The position numbers and the translations under genes are program-made. A stretch of 64,000 bases of DNA, from contig JBIOUY010000027.1 in the NCBI GenBank assembly GCA_044867445.1, positions 18,124 to 82,123 of the forward strand. The letters are read 5' to 3'. The notes beneath the pieces were generated by a model, which did not search any database, had not been told where the DNA came from, and saw only the letters and a list, made by a program, of their open reading frames with translations. Source of the stretch: Gemmatimonadales bacterium (GTDB taxonomy: Bacteria > Gemmatimonadota > Gemmatimonadetes > Gemmatimonadales > GWC2-71-9). Shown in pieces: positions 18,497-29,058 of this stretch. Position 1 is the first letter of the stretch; every line of letters begins with the position of its first letter.

Positions 18497-19557
18497 GAGG
18501 TAATGGTTTGAGCAACCGGTGTGGCGATCAGTCCTGGGATCGGCAGATCATCGCGAGGCTCGAGGTCCCAGCCGCTGCGATCGCCTCGCGCCAGTCGCCA
18601 GGCACCCGCCGCCGCAATCATTGCGGCATTGTCGGTATTGAGGCGAGGAGAGGCGACGCTCACCCTGGCCGAACCCTCCAGCCGCTGGGTGAGCCGTTGC
18701 ACCAGAGCCCGGTTGCAGGCCACCCCACCGCCGATCATTGCGGCGGAGTAGCCCGAGGCCTCAACCGCCTGGGCGGCCTTGGCGGTGAGCACATCCAGTA
18801 CGGCATCCTGGAATCCGCGGGCGATGTCGGCCCGGTCGCGCTCGAGGTCCGGGCTCGAGCGCACGGCCCGGAGGACAGCGGTCTTGAGTCCACTAAAGGA
18901 GAAGGCGTAGCGCTGTGGGCCGTCGCGGTCGAGCTCCTGAAGCATGGGTCGAGGAAAGCGGAACCGTTCGGGTCTTCCCTCGCGGGCCAGCCGCTCGATC
19001 GCCGCGCCGCCCGGATACCCTAGCCCGAGGAGATTCGCCACCTTGTCGAACGCCTCGCCGGCTGCATCGTCCAAAGTCTGCCCCAACAGGCGATACCGCC
19101 CCCATTTGGGCACATCGAGGAGCATCGTGTGTCCACCGCTCACCAGGAGTCCGATGAAGGGAGGCTTCAGCTCCGGGTCTTCCAGCACCGGTGCGAAGAG
19201 ATGTCCTTCGAGGTGGTTGACGCCGAGAAAGGGTCGGTCGAGGCTGAAGGCGAGGGTCTTACCGTACATCACTCCGACCAGAAGCGCGCCGACCAGCCCG
19301 GGCCCCGCGGTCACTACCACGGCGTCGAGTTGGCTGAGGCCGATGCCGGCATCGGCCAGAGCGCGGTCCACCACCGAGCCGATGGCCCGCACGTGAGCGC
19401 GGCTGGCCAGCTCAGGCACGACCCCGCCAAAAACCCGGTGCACATCCTGCGACAGAATGACCAGACCCTGGAGCGACGGCTGCGTCTCCTCTATCCGCAG
19501 CACCGCCGCCGAGGTCTCGTCGCATGACGTCTCCAGTCCCAGGATCCACTCAGCCAC
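18493..19557 (-). CDS. tsaD: tRNA N6-adenosine threonylcarbamoyltransferase
   Basis: ILGLETSCDETSAAV N-terminus and HLEGH motif; 354 aa. Confidence 0.9.
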   Translation of the reverse strand: MAEWILGLETSCDETSAAVLRIEETQPSLQGLVILSQDVHRVFGGVVPELASRAHVRAIGSVVDRALADAGIGLSQLDAVVVTAGPGLVGALLVGVMYGKTLAFSLDRPFLGVNHLEGHLFAPVLEDPELKPPFIGLLVSGGHTMLLDVPKWGRYRLLGQTLDDAAGEAFDKVANLLGLGYPGGAAIERLAREGRPERFRFPRPMLQELDRDGPQRYAFSFSGLKTAVLRAVRSSPDLERDRADIARGFQDAVLDVLTAKAAQAVEASGYSAAMIGGGVACNRALVQRLTQRLEGSARVSVASPRLNTDNAAMIAAAGAWRLARGDRSGWDLEPRDDLPIPGLIATPVAQTITS

Positions 19558-20470
19558 GGCTGCCTCGCCTCACCAGGTCCACGCTATCGGGCACCGCCTC
19601 GCCAGTGATCCCCTGAGGAAGCAGGACCCGCAACCCGACCCGGCCCGGGGAGGCTCGCCCGTTGGGATTCACCATGACAACCAGGCTGTCCGGCAGCAGT
19701 CCGGCCAACCGGGACACGGGGCCGCGCACTTTCACGCGCACCACTTCGAGGCTGGGTCGAAAGCTCGCGGCCACGGCGCTGGGCATGCCGACAGGCACGT
19801 CTTCGATGGTTCGCTCGCTCGAGGCCTCGATCTCTACCCGCACCGTGACGACGCGGGGCTCGATCCGTACCAGGCGCAACCCCGCAGTGTCGAGGCCGAG
19901 GTCCCGCTCGAGCGGTGCGTCGGCGCTGGTCACCTCGAGAGCCACGGTGCGGATGGAGTCGATGTCCTTGAGCCGGGCAACCGGACCGAACAACCTCACG
20001 GTGCCGGGCACTACCGAGATGCCCTGCACCGAGAAGCCGAGGTCCGGTCGCAGGTTGACGATCGGTTCGACCGGCACCACACGCTGTGAGGTCGAGTCGA
20101 GCTCAACGGTCACGGAGCGAGGCTGAAGGTCCTGCACCCTCACGGTCACCCCGCTTGGAATCTCCAGCTCGCCCGGCGCGAGATCGAGCCGGATCTGGTC
20201 TCCCTCCATGGTATCGGGCAAGATCCGGGTCAGCCGGACAGGTGTGGCGGAGAGCCGGAGCAGGTCTCGCCGCGGGCCGGTGACCAGGGCACGGAGCGGC
20301 TCGGGAGGACGGAGAATGGTGCGTCCCGGCGGCGGACGAACGATGACTTCCACCTTGAGCAGGGCGCTCCCGGGCTCCTCACCGGCTGCGAGAAACCAGA
20401 GAAATACCGAAAGGAAGACCGAGGTGAGCTTCAGAGGCAGGTCAGCCAGGAAGGCGCTGCGGAAGCTCAC
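19550..20470 (-). CDS. YbbR-like domain protein
   Basis: N-terminal TM segment (LKLTSVFLSVFLWFLA) followed by repeated beta-rich YbbR-type modules. No adjacent diadenylate cyclase gene is present. Confidence 0.55.
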   Translation of the reverse strand: MSFRSAFLADLPLKLTSVFLSVFLWFLAAGEEPGSALLKVEVIVRPPPGRTILRPPEPLRALVTGPRRDLLRLSATPVRLTRILPDTMEGDQIRLDLAPGELEIPSGVTVRVQDLQPRSVTVELDSTSQRVVPVEPIVNLRPDLGFSVQGISVVPGTVRLFGPVARLKDIDSIRTVALEVTSADAPLERDLGLDTAGLRLVRIEPRVVTVRVEIEASSERTIEDVPVGMPSAVAASFRPSLEVVRVKVRGPVSRLAGLLPDSLVVMVNPNGRASPGRVGLRVLLPQGITGEAVPDSVDLVRRGSRG

Positions 20471-20471
20471 C

Positions 20472-21011
20472 TTACTTCTCCGCGTCGTCCAGAAGCCGCT
20501 GGATCAGCTTGCGGTTGACCTCCGAATCCCAGTCGTGCGCGCCAATGACCCGTTTGATCAGTACTCCGCGACGGTCGAGGAGAAAGCTCTCCGGGACCCC
20601 GGTGGTCTCATAGATCTCCTGGATCTTGCCGCCCCGATCCTGCAGGATGTCGAAGCTGACGTGCAGGTTGCTGGCGAATGCCCGCACGTCCTCCGGATCT
20701 CCCTGGTCGATACTGACCGCCGCGATCTCGAAGCCTTGGGACCCCACGGACTGGAACAGCTTTTCCATCGAGGGCATCTCCACCTTGCAGGGGAGACACC
20801 AGGTCGCCCAGATGTTGACCAAGGTGACCTGGCCTCGGTAGCGGCCGCGCAGGGAGACAGAGTCGCCAGTTCTGAGGTCGATAGCCCGGAACTCGGGCGC
20901 GCTCTTCCCGACTTCTACTCGAGTGGCACCGTCGCCGAACCAGACGATGGCGCCGGCCCCTGCCAGCAGCCCTCCGACAATGACCGCTACGAACGTCCAC
21001 TGTTTGGACAT
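20472..21011 (-). CDS. TlpA/ResA-like thiol:disulfide oxidoreductase (thioredoxin fold)
   Basis: WATWCLPC active-site motif with an N-terminal membrane anchor. Confidence 0.85.
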   Translation of the reverse strand: MSKQWTFVAVIVGGLLAGAGAIVWFGDGATRVEVGKSAPEFRAIDLRTGDSVSLRGRYRGQVTLVNIWATWCLPCKVEMPSMEKLFQSVGSQGFEIAAVSIDQGDPEDVRAFASNLHVSFDILQDRGGKIQEIYETTGVPESFLLDRRGVLIKRVIGAHDWDSEVNRKLIQRLLDDAEK

Positions 21012-21017
21012 GGAGAC

Positions 21018-21683
21018 TCAGGCAAGCACGGCGCAGCGGCGCTGCAGCTCCCGCACCGCATCCGCGGGGTCGTCGCCACCGAACACGGCGGTGCCCGCAA
21101 CGAAGGTATCGGCCCCGGCATTCCAGGCCTCGGCGATGGTGGCCGTGGTGATGCCGCCATCGACTTCGAGCACCGCCCGCGAACCGTGGCGATCCAGCAG
21201 GGCGCGGACTCGGCGGATCTTCTCGGTGGCCTGAGGCAGGTAGGCTTGCCCCCCGTAGCCTGGGTTCACCGACATGACGAGCACAAGATCCAGATCCTCG
21301 AGCGCCTCCTCGATCAGGGCGATGGGACTCGCCGGGTTGAGTGCCAGGCCGGCGAGCATCCCCAGCTCCCGCGCGGCCGCGAGGTGGCGCTGCACATGGA
21401 TGGTGGCTTCGGGGTGGAAGGTGAATACGCTCGCACCCGCCTCGGCGAACTCGGCGAGGTAGCGCTCGGGTGATTCCACCATGAGATGAACGTCCAGCGG
21501 ATGATCGGTGATTTCCCGAAGTGCCCGGATCATCGGAGCCCCAAAGGTGAGATTGGGCACGAAATGGCCGTCCATGACGTCGACGTGAATCCACTCGGCC
21601 CCGCCGGCGATCGCCCGCTCCACCTGGTCCCGGAGGCGGCCCAGGTCCGCGCTCAGCACGCTGGGGGAAATCCGTACGCTCAC
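21018..21683 (-). CDS. rpe: ribulose-phosphate 3-epimerase
   Basis: SVLSADL...HVDVMDGHFVPN signature; 221 aa. Confidence 0.9.
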   Translation of the reverse strand: MSVRISPSVLSADLGRLRDQVERAIAGGAEWIHVDVMDGHFVPNLTFGAPMIRALREITDHPLDVHLMVESPERYLAEFAEAGASVFTFHPEATIHVQRHLAAARELGMLAGLALNPASPIALIEEALEDLDLVLVMSVNPGYGGQAYLPQATEKIRRVRALLDRHGSRAVLEVDGGITTATIAEAWNAGADTFVAGTAVFGGDDPADAVRELQRRCAVLA

Positions 21684-22273
21684 TGGCTACCTCCTGGTCC
21701 GCCGCTGACGACCAAATCGACTGCTGACCCTCTGGGTCGACCGTTTCCCGGCGCGGGCCGGGTTACCAACACCACTCCCGCCTCCTGGGGACCACGGACC
21801 GTATCGACGCTGCCGCGTTGCATACCGGCTGTCCGCAAGATCCTTTCAGCGGATGGAAGGGAGAATCCGATTAAGTCTGGCACAGTGACCGGCGCCGGAC
21901 CGGCACTCAGGACCAATTGCACGACGCTGTTCGGCGGCAGCACCATCCCGGGTGGCGGATCTTGCCAGATCACCGTCCCTCGGGCCACCGTGGGGCTGGG
22001 GCGATCAGAGTCCATTCGAGGGCGAAATCCGGCTGCCGCGAGCTCTTGGCGCGCCTTGGCCTCGGCAAGATCGAGCACCCGGGGCACCGCATGGTTCGAG
22101 CTGAAGACCGAGCCGGGCGACACCCAGAATGATGAGATCCCAAACCCAATCACAAAGGTCAGGGCGACCAGACCCAGGTCACGCAGAAATCGTCTCCCAG
22201 GCGAGGCTGCGAGCCAAGCCAGCCGCGTCGCGAGCGTTGCGGAGCCGGAACTGGTATGACGGCGGAACCTCAT
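21680..22273 (-). CDS. membrane-anchored protein with two PASTA domains (no kinase or PBP domain)
   Basis: One TM segment, then two modules of about 65 aa of the form VP.L.G....A...L...G. Overlaps the rpe start by 4 nt. Confidence 0.6.
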   Translation of the reverse strand: MRFRRHTSSGSATLATRLAWLAASPGRRFLRDLGLVALTFVIGFGISSFWVSPGSVFSSNHAVPRVLDLAEAKARQELAAAGFRPRMDSDRPSPTVARGTVIWQDPPPGMVLPPNSVVQLVLSAGPAPVTVPDLIGFSLPSAERILRTAGMQRGSVDTVRGPQEAGVVLVTRPAPGNGRPRGSAVDLVVSGGPGGSQ

Positions 22274-23529
22274 ACGCGGCGCCGCAGGCGCGCGGCATAC
22301 GCGCCGTCCATGGCATCCCGTTGAGGCAGAATCATCAGGTCTCCCTTGGCCGTGAGCAGCGTCGGGGGAAAGGTATCGCTTGGCTCCCGCTGAAAGTCGG
22401 GGTGCCGCTCCAGAAAGCGCTCTACCTGCTGCTCATTTTCCTCCGGTTCCAGCGAGCAGGTCGAGTAAACCAGGAGCCCGTTTGGGCCCACCGCCTCCGC
22501 TGCTCCGTCGAGGAGGCGCTCCTGCAGGCCGGCCAGCTCGCCCAGCGCCTCCGGAGTCACCCGCCAGCGGGCATCAGGATGCCGGGCAAAGCTTCCGGTC
22601 CCGAGGCAGGGGGCATCGAGCAACACTGCATCGGCCGAGCGGACGGGCGGGTGACGCGCGTCGGCGACGACGGCGTACTCCCGGCCACTCCCCGCGCGAG
22701 CCAGGTTCTCGGCCAGCCTCCGCACCCGGGCCCGGTTCACATCGGCCGCCACTATCAGAGCCGCGTCTCGCCCCAAGCCGATGGTTTTTCCCCCCGGCGC
22801 CGCGCTGGCATCGTAGACCGCGCGTCCCGGCGGTAGATCCGCGAACCAACCGAGCAGGGCCTGCCCCGGGTCCTGCACGATGAAAGCTCCCTGGTCGAAT
22901 CCCGGCAGAGCCTGAGGTCGCGCTCGATCGGTGACCAGACCAGCGCCGTAGGGGGCCGGCTCGGTCGTGATGCCGGCGGAGCGCCACTGTCGCTCCAGCT
23001 CTTGCAACGGCGTGCGGGCGGGCTGCAGGACCAGCCGCGGACGCCGGTCATTCCACTGGAGCAGCCGCTCGGTATCCTCTGCGCCATACCGATCCAGCCA
23101 CCGTTCCACCAGCCAGAGAGGATGCGAGTGGGCTTGCGCTAGTTGCGCCGCGGTTCGGGCGGCCGTCTCCGCTGGAAGGGGAGCCGTGCGGCTCAGCTTC
23201 CGGAGGACCGCGTTGACCAGCCCACCGGCCTTGTGACCGGCCGTCTCTTTGGCCAGCGCGACACTAGTGTCCACGGCGGCGTGAGCGGGAACGCGGTCGA
23301 GCACCGTGAGCTGAAAGGCTCCCAACCGCAGAACGTCGAGCAGCTCCGCCCCGAGGCGATCTAGACCGCGGGAGACCAGCGGCATCAGCCGGGAATCGAG
23401 CACGGTTTGCCGCCGAAGCACGCCGGCCGCCATCTCGTGAGCGAGGCGCCGGTCGGCCTCGCCCAACTGCTCCAACGCCGGTCCTAAAGCGGCGTCGAAG
23501 GGCCGCCCCTCCCGCACCTCGCGCAACAC
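22270..23529 (-). CDS. rsmB: 16S rRNA (cytosine967-C5)-methyltransferase
   Basis: NusB-like N-terminal domain. SAM-binding DASAAPGGKT motif and the catalytic TCS/PRO motifs (YSTCSLEPEENE). Confidence 0.9.
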   Translation of the reverse strand: MLREVREGRPFDAALGPALEQLGEADRRLAHEMAAGVLRRQTVLDSRLMPLVSRGLDRLGAELLDVLRLGAFQLTVLDRVPAHAAVDTSVALAKETAGHKAGGLVNAVLRKLSRTAPLPAETAARTAAQLAQAHSHPLWLVERWLDRYGAEDTERLLQWNDRRPRLVLQPARTPLQELERQWRSAGITTEPAPYGAGLVTDRARPQALPGFDQGAFIVQDPGQALLGWFADLPPGRAVYDASAAPGGKTIGLGRDAALIVAADVNRARVRRLAENLARAGSGREYAVVADARHPPVRSADAVLLDAPCLGTGSFARHPDARWRVTPEALGELAGLQERLLDGAAEAVGPNGLLVYSTCSLEPEENEQQVERFLERHPDFQREPSDTFPPTLLTAKGDLMILPQRDAMDGAYAARLRRRV

Positions 23530-23564
23530 CTTGAGCGCCGCTCGTCGGGCAGGCAGACCGGCCG

Positions 23565-24368
23565 CTATTCCAGCATCCCCCGAACCGGGCTCGATGGCAC
23601 CGCGATTTCTCGGCGGGACATACGGCCGGCGAGAAACGCCAGGCGTCCAGCTTCCACGGCATGACGCATGGCCAGCGCCATAGCGACGGGTTCCCGGGCC
23701 TCGGCAAGCGCGGTGTTCATGAGAATCCCATCTACACCCTGCTCCATCGTAACGCAGGCATCCGACGCGGTGCCGACACCGGCATCGACGATCACCGGCA
23801 CCTCCAGCCGCCGCTTGATCGTGCGGATGCTGTAAGGATTGAGCAGGCCGAGTCCACTCCCGATGGGCGACGCGAGCGGCATGACCGCGGCACAGCCTGC
23901 CTCCTCCAGCCGGAGCGCCGTGATCAGGTCGTCATTGGTGTACGCCAGGACCTTGAAGCCGTCGCGTACCAGTTCTCGTGCCGCGGCAAGCAGCCCCTCG
24001 GTATCGGGGAGCAGCGTTTCCTTGTCCCCGATGACCTCGAGCTTCACGAAAGCATTGAACCCGGCCTCCCGAGCGAGGCGGGCGTAGCGCACTGCCTCAT
24101 CGGCGGTGTAGCAGCCGGCCGTATTGGCGAGCAGGAAATACTGGTCGGGATTGAGATGGAAGAGGACACCCTCTTCCTTGGTGCGATCGAGATCCACCCG
24201 CCGCACCGCAACGGTCACGATCTCGGAACCGGACGCCTCGATGGCGCGGACCATCTCCGCGTTGTCGCGATATTTCCCGGTGCCGAGCATGAGGCGCGAA
24301 CGAAAGCTCCGGCCGGCGATGGTAAGTGGTGCGTCCAGCGATGGTTCGGTGATGAGGGCAGTAGTCAT
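23565..24368 (-). CDS. thiG: thiazole synthase
   Basis: LMLGTGKY..., KLEVIGD... and PIGSG motifs. Start set at MTTALITEP (24368). The 64-aa extension in the ORF track reads through repeat module C. Confidence 0.9.
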   Translation of the reverse strand: MTTALITEPSLDAPLTIAGRSFRSRLMLGTGKYRDNAEMVRAIEASGSEIVTVAVRRVDLDRTKEEGVLFHLNPDQYFLLANTAGCYTADEAVRYARLAREAGFNAFVKLEVIGDKETLLPDTEGLLAAARELVRDGFKVLAYTNDDLITALRLEEAGCAAVMPLASPIGSGLGLLNPYSIRTIKRRLEVPVIVDAGVGTASDACVTMEQGVDGILMNTALAEAREPVAMALAMRHAVEAGRLAFLAGRMSRREIAVPSSPVRGMLE

Positions 24369-24384
24369 GCGGGAAAGATAAGGC

Positions 24385-24611
24385 AGTAGGAAGTGAGAAG
24401 TGAGAAGTAGAGGAGTAAGGAGTGAGGAGCGATGTCCTCCTGGAGAGAGCCCGGAAGGGCGACCGGAAGGGGCCGAAGCTCGATTTGGTTTCGGCTCCCT
24501 TCGTTCGCTGCGCTCAGTCCAGGGTGACTGCAGGCTCCCCCGACGTTCCCGCCTTCTCACTTCTTACTTCTCACTTCTTACTTCTTACTTCTCACTTCTC
24601 ACTTCTCACTC
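24385..24611. repeat. paired inverted heptamer-array module C (GAAGTGA/GGAGTAA type), inside the thiS-thiG junction
   Basis: The left arm at 24385-24429 is purine-rich heptamers. The right arm at 24553-24611 is CTTCTCA/CTTCTTA units. The 123-nt core contains a degenerate GATCCCTCGCTGCGCTC-like motif at 24495-24528. The thiS stop TGA (24610-24612) abuts the array. Confidence 0.9.
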
Positions 24612-24825
24612 ATCCGCCCCCGACAAAGTGCACCAGCTCCACGCGATCCCCCTGGGCCAGCGTGGTCTCTCCCAGCCGCGGTCGCCGAACGATCTCCCGA
24701 TTGAGCTCGACCACGACAGTCCGAGGATCCAGCGTGAGGTGACCCAGCAGATCGAGCAGAGTGGCCGGGCTCCGAATGCGGCGAGCCTCGCCATTCACCA
24801 GGATCTCGATTTCGGCCGAGGTCAT
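24610..24825 (-). CDS. thiS: sulfur-carrier protein ThiS
   Basis: 71 aa ending ...VHFVGGG (C-terminal Gly-Gly). The ATG at 24825 overlaps the thiE stop (ATGA). The 175-aa ORF-track version is a false extension. Confidence 0.85.
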   Translation of the reverse strand: MTSAEIEILVNGEARRIRSPATLLDLLGHLTLDPRTVVVELNREIVRRPRLGETTLAQGDRVELVHFVGGG

Positions 24826-25445
24826 GATGCTTTCACCCATGGCTCGAGCAGTGCCAGTGTCGCGGCAGCCGAATCTGGTGCCCGCCAAAGTGCCCCGATG
24901 GAAGCGGCTCCATATGCGCCCGCCTGGGCGACCTCGACGGCTCGATTGGCGTCGATTCCCCCGATGGCGATCACCGGTCGCCCCAGGCGGACAGTCTGAC
25001 GCACCAGGTCGAGGCCCGCTCCGGGATGGCCAGGATGAGAGGCGCTCTGATACACGCTTCCGACCATCAGGAAGTCCGCCCCCTCCTCTACAGCCTGCGC
25101 CGCCTCCTCCTGGCTGTGAACCGACCGGCCGATCCACCCTGCCGGAAACACGAGTCGGGCATCGCGAGGAGAAAGATCGCTGGTGCCGAGCTGGACACCC
25201 TGGGCGCCGGTTGCAGCGGCGATATCGGGCCGAGCATTCACGAACACGGCGGCTTCGGGCGGACGGGCGAGGGCCAGGAGTCGCAGCGTCACCTGAGAAA
25301 GACGGGCACCACCGGCTGCCCGGTCGCGAGCATGCAGCGCGACCGCCGAACCGGCGGCGGCGATGGCCGCTGCTCGGATCGCGAAGTCCGGTGCGTCCAG
25401 CACGGCGGCATCGGTCACTGCGTGGAGCCGAGGCAGCGGCCTCAT
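24822..25445 (-). CDS. thiE: thiamine-phosphate synthase
   Basis: 207 aa TIM-barrel pattern (LHAVTD..., GADFLMVGSVY, IGGI). The start overlaps the fmt stop. Confidence 0.85.
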   Translation of the reverse strand: MRPLPRLHAVTDAAVLDAPDFAIRAAAIAAAGSAVALHARDRAAGGARLSQVTLRLLALARPPEAAVFVNARPDIAAATGAQGVQLGTSDLSPRDARLVFPAGWIGRSVHSQEEAAQAVEEGADFLMVGSVYQSASHPGHPGAGLDLVRQTVRLGRPVIAIGGIDANRAVEVAQAGAYGAASIGALWRAPDSAAATLALLEPWVKAS

Positions 25446-26368
25446 GTGAGTTGCTGCCCCACGGAGATTCTACGACCTCGCACCCAGGCTTCGGCCGGCA
25501 TCCGGTTGCGACCGGCGGGCTGGACCTCGCGCACCGCGAGCGCGCCGTCGCCGCAGGCGATCACGAGCTGCTGGTCCGCGGACAGGACGGTTCCGGGTAT
25601 ACCCTCGCCGGCTGTCGGGGTGGGTCCGAACAGTTTGATCGCGGTCGCGTCGAGCGTGGCCCACGCCCCCGGACTCGGGTCGAAGGCGCGCACCTGGCGC
25701 GCCAATGCCTCTGCTCCGCGGGTCCAGTCGAGCCGGGCCGCCTCGCGATCGATCTTGGGAGCATAGGTGGCGAGTCCAGGATCCTGCGGCTGGGGCCGAG
25801 CCAGCCCGGCGGAGATGAGCGACAGCGCCTCGATCAATGCGGTGGCTCCGAGCTCAGCCAAACGGCCGGCCAGGGCACCGGCCGTCTCCCCTGGCCGGAT
25901 CGGAGTTGTGGCGCGATGGAGAATAGGACCGCTGTCCAGTCCCTCGTCCATCTGCATGATGCTGACGCCGGTCTCCATTTCACCGGCCAGGATCGCATGC
26001 TGGATTGGTGCGGCGCCGCGGTAACGGGGCAGGAGGGAGGCATGAACGTTGTACATCCCCCGGGGCGGAACGGTGAGGACCTCCCGTTTGAGGATGTGGC
26101 CATACGCTACCACCACCGCCAGATCAGGTTCCAGCCGCCGAAGGCTCGCGAGAAAGAGATCACCGAGCGGTCGGACCGGCTGGAGCACCGGCAGTCCGGC
26201 TGCCCGGGCAACCTGCTTGACCGGGGGAGCGACCAGGGTGGATCGGGACCGACCCTGGGGCTTATCGGGTTGGGTCACGACGCCGGCGACTGGGAAGCGC
26301 TCCCGCAGCAGTGCCCGAAGCGATGCGACCGCGAACTCCGGCGTTCCGAAAAAAACGATACGCATCAC
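25442..26368 (-). CDS. fmt: methionyl-tRNA formyltransferase
   Basis: IVFFGTPEFA N-terminus and the HASLLPRYRGAAPI motif. Confidence 0.9.
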   Translation of the reverse strand: MMRIVFFGTPEFAVASLRALLRERFPVAGVVTQPDKPQGRSRSTLVAPPVKQVARAAGLPVLQPVRPLGDLFLASLRRLEPDLAVVVAYGHILKREVLTVPPRGMYNVHASLLPRYRGAAPIQHAILAGEMETGVSIMQMDEGLDSGPILHRATTPIRPGETAGALAGRLAELGATALIEALSLISAGLARPQPQDPGLATYAPKIDREAARLDWTRGAEALARQVRAFDPSPGAWATLDATAIKLFGPTPTAGEGIPGTVLSADQQLVIACGDGALAVREVQPAGRNRMPAEAWVRGRRISVGQQLT

Positions 26369-26901
26369 TCCGACCGGGCAGTCGCCGCTTGCACCTCTTT
26401 GGTGTAGCCCGTGTCGTCCTTATGCTCCCGCCGATACTTGGCGAGCAGCATCTGACGCTTGATCAGGCTGAGATGATCGAGGAAGAGGATCCCGTCGAGG
26501 TGATCGATCTCATGCTGGATGGCCCGGGCCTTGAGCCCGGTGGCGTCGAGACGAAAGCGGATGCCTTCGCGGTCGAGCGCCTCGATGACCACCCGTTCCG
26601 GGCGGGTCACATCCCCGTAAATCTCCGGGATGGAGAGGCAGCCCTCCTCGGCGGAGGCACTGCCTTCGGTTTCGAGAATGATCGGGTTAATCATCGCGAA
26701 GCGTTCACCGTCCGCATCGACTACCGCTATTCGCCGGCTTACTCCTACCTGGTTTGCCGCGAGTCCGACGCCTTTGGCGGCATCCATAGTCTCGAACATG
26801 TCATCGACCAGTCGGCGTACCACATCGTCGACGCTGGTCACCTCGGTACTGTGCTGACGCAGCACCGGCGAGCCGAGCAGGTGGAGCGGGAGAAGGCTCA
26901 T
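26365..26901 (-). CDS. def: peptide deformylase
   Basis: GLAANQVG, EGCLS and HEIDHL metal-binding motifs. Confidence 0.92.
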   Translation of the reverse strand: MSLLPLHLLGSPVLRQHSTEVTSVDDVVRRLVDDMFETMDAAKGVGLAANQVGVSRRIAVVDADGERFAMINPIILETEGSASAEEGCLSIPEIYGDVTRPERVVIEALDREGIRFRLDATGLKARAIQHEIDHLDGILFLDHLSLIKRQMLLAKYRREHKDDTGYTKEVQAATARSE

Positions 26902-27230
26902 GCCGCGGGAACCGCCGGGGCAGAGGCGCCGCCGATGCGGACAATCCGGGAGCGCTCGATGATGACCGTTGCCGACCCCGACTCCACCGTGACCCGGACC
27001 TCTTTGACTCCGTCGGTCTCCACTTCCTTGATCTCCTTCACCCGGCCGATGATGCCGCCGCTGGTCATCACTTCATCTCCCTTCTTCAGATTCTCCAGGA
27101 GCGCCGCATGCTTCTTCCGGGCCTGACTCGAGGGCCGCAGGATCAGGAAGTAAAAGACCGCCCCGATGGCGAGCATCTGGAGCAGCAGGATCGTGAGACC
27201 ACCGCCGGAGCCGGTTGGGGTTTGGAGCAT
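26898..27230 (-). CDS. yajC: preprotein translocase subunit YajC
   Basis: 110 aa with a single TM. KGDEVMTSGGIIGRV motif. Confidence 0.85.
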   Translation of the reverse strand: MLQTPTGSGGGLTILLLQMLAIGAVFYFLILRPSSQARKKHAALLENLKKGDEVMTSGGIIGRVKEIKEVETDGVKEVRVTVESGSATVIIERSRIVRIGGASAPAVPAA

Positions 27231-27260
27231 GGGTGTTCCCTGTGGTTCCTCTCAGGTTGA

Positions 27261-29051
<1,791 letters not shown>

Positions 29052-29058
29052 CTCCCGC

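Noticed and set aside
23565-25137. The long N-terminal extensions in the ORF track: ThiG to 24560 and ThiS to 25137. The same applies to GT9 to 35919, Tgt to 28561, the kinase to 14771 and the permease to 14611.
   Set aside because: The extensions are translations of the stop-free strand of the repeat arrays (LLTSHFLL..., SPLTSCSP...) or of upstream non-coding DNA. Family-typical N-termini begin at internal ATG or GTG codons.
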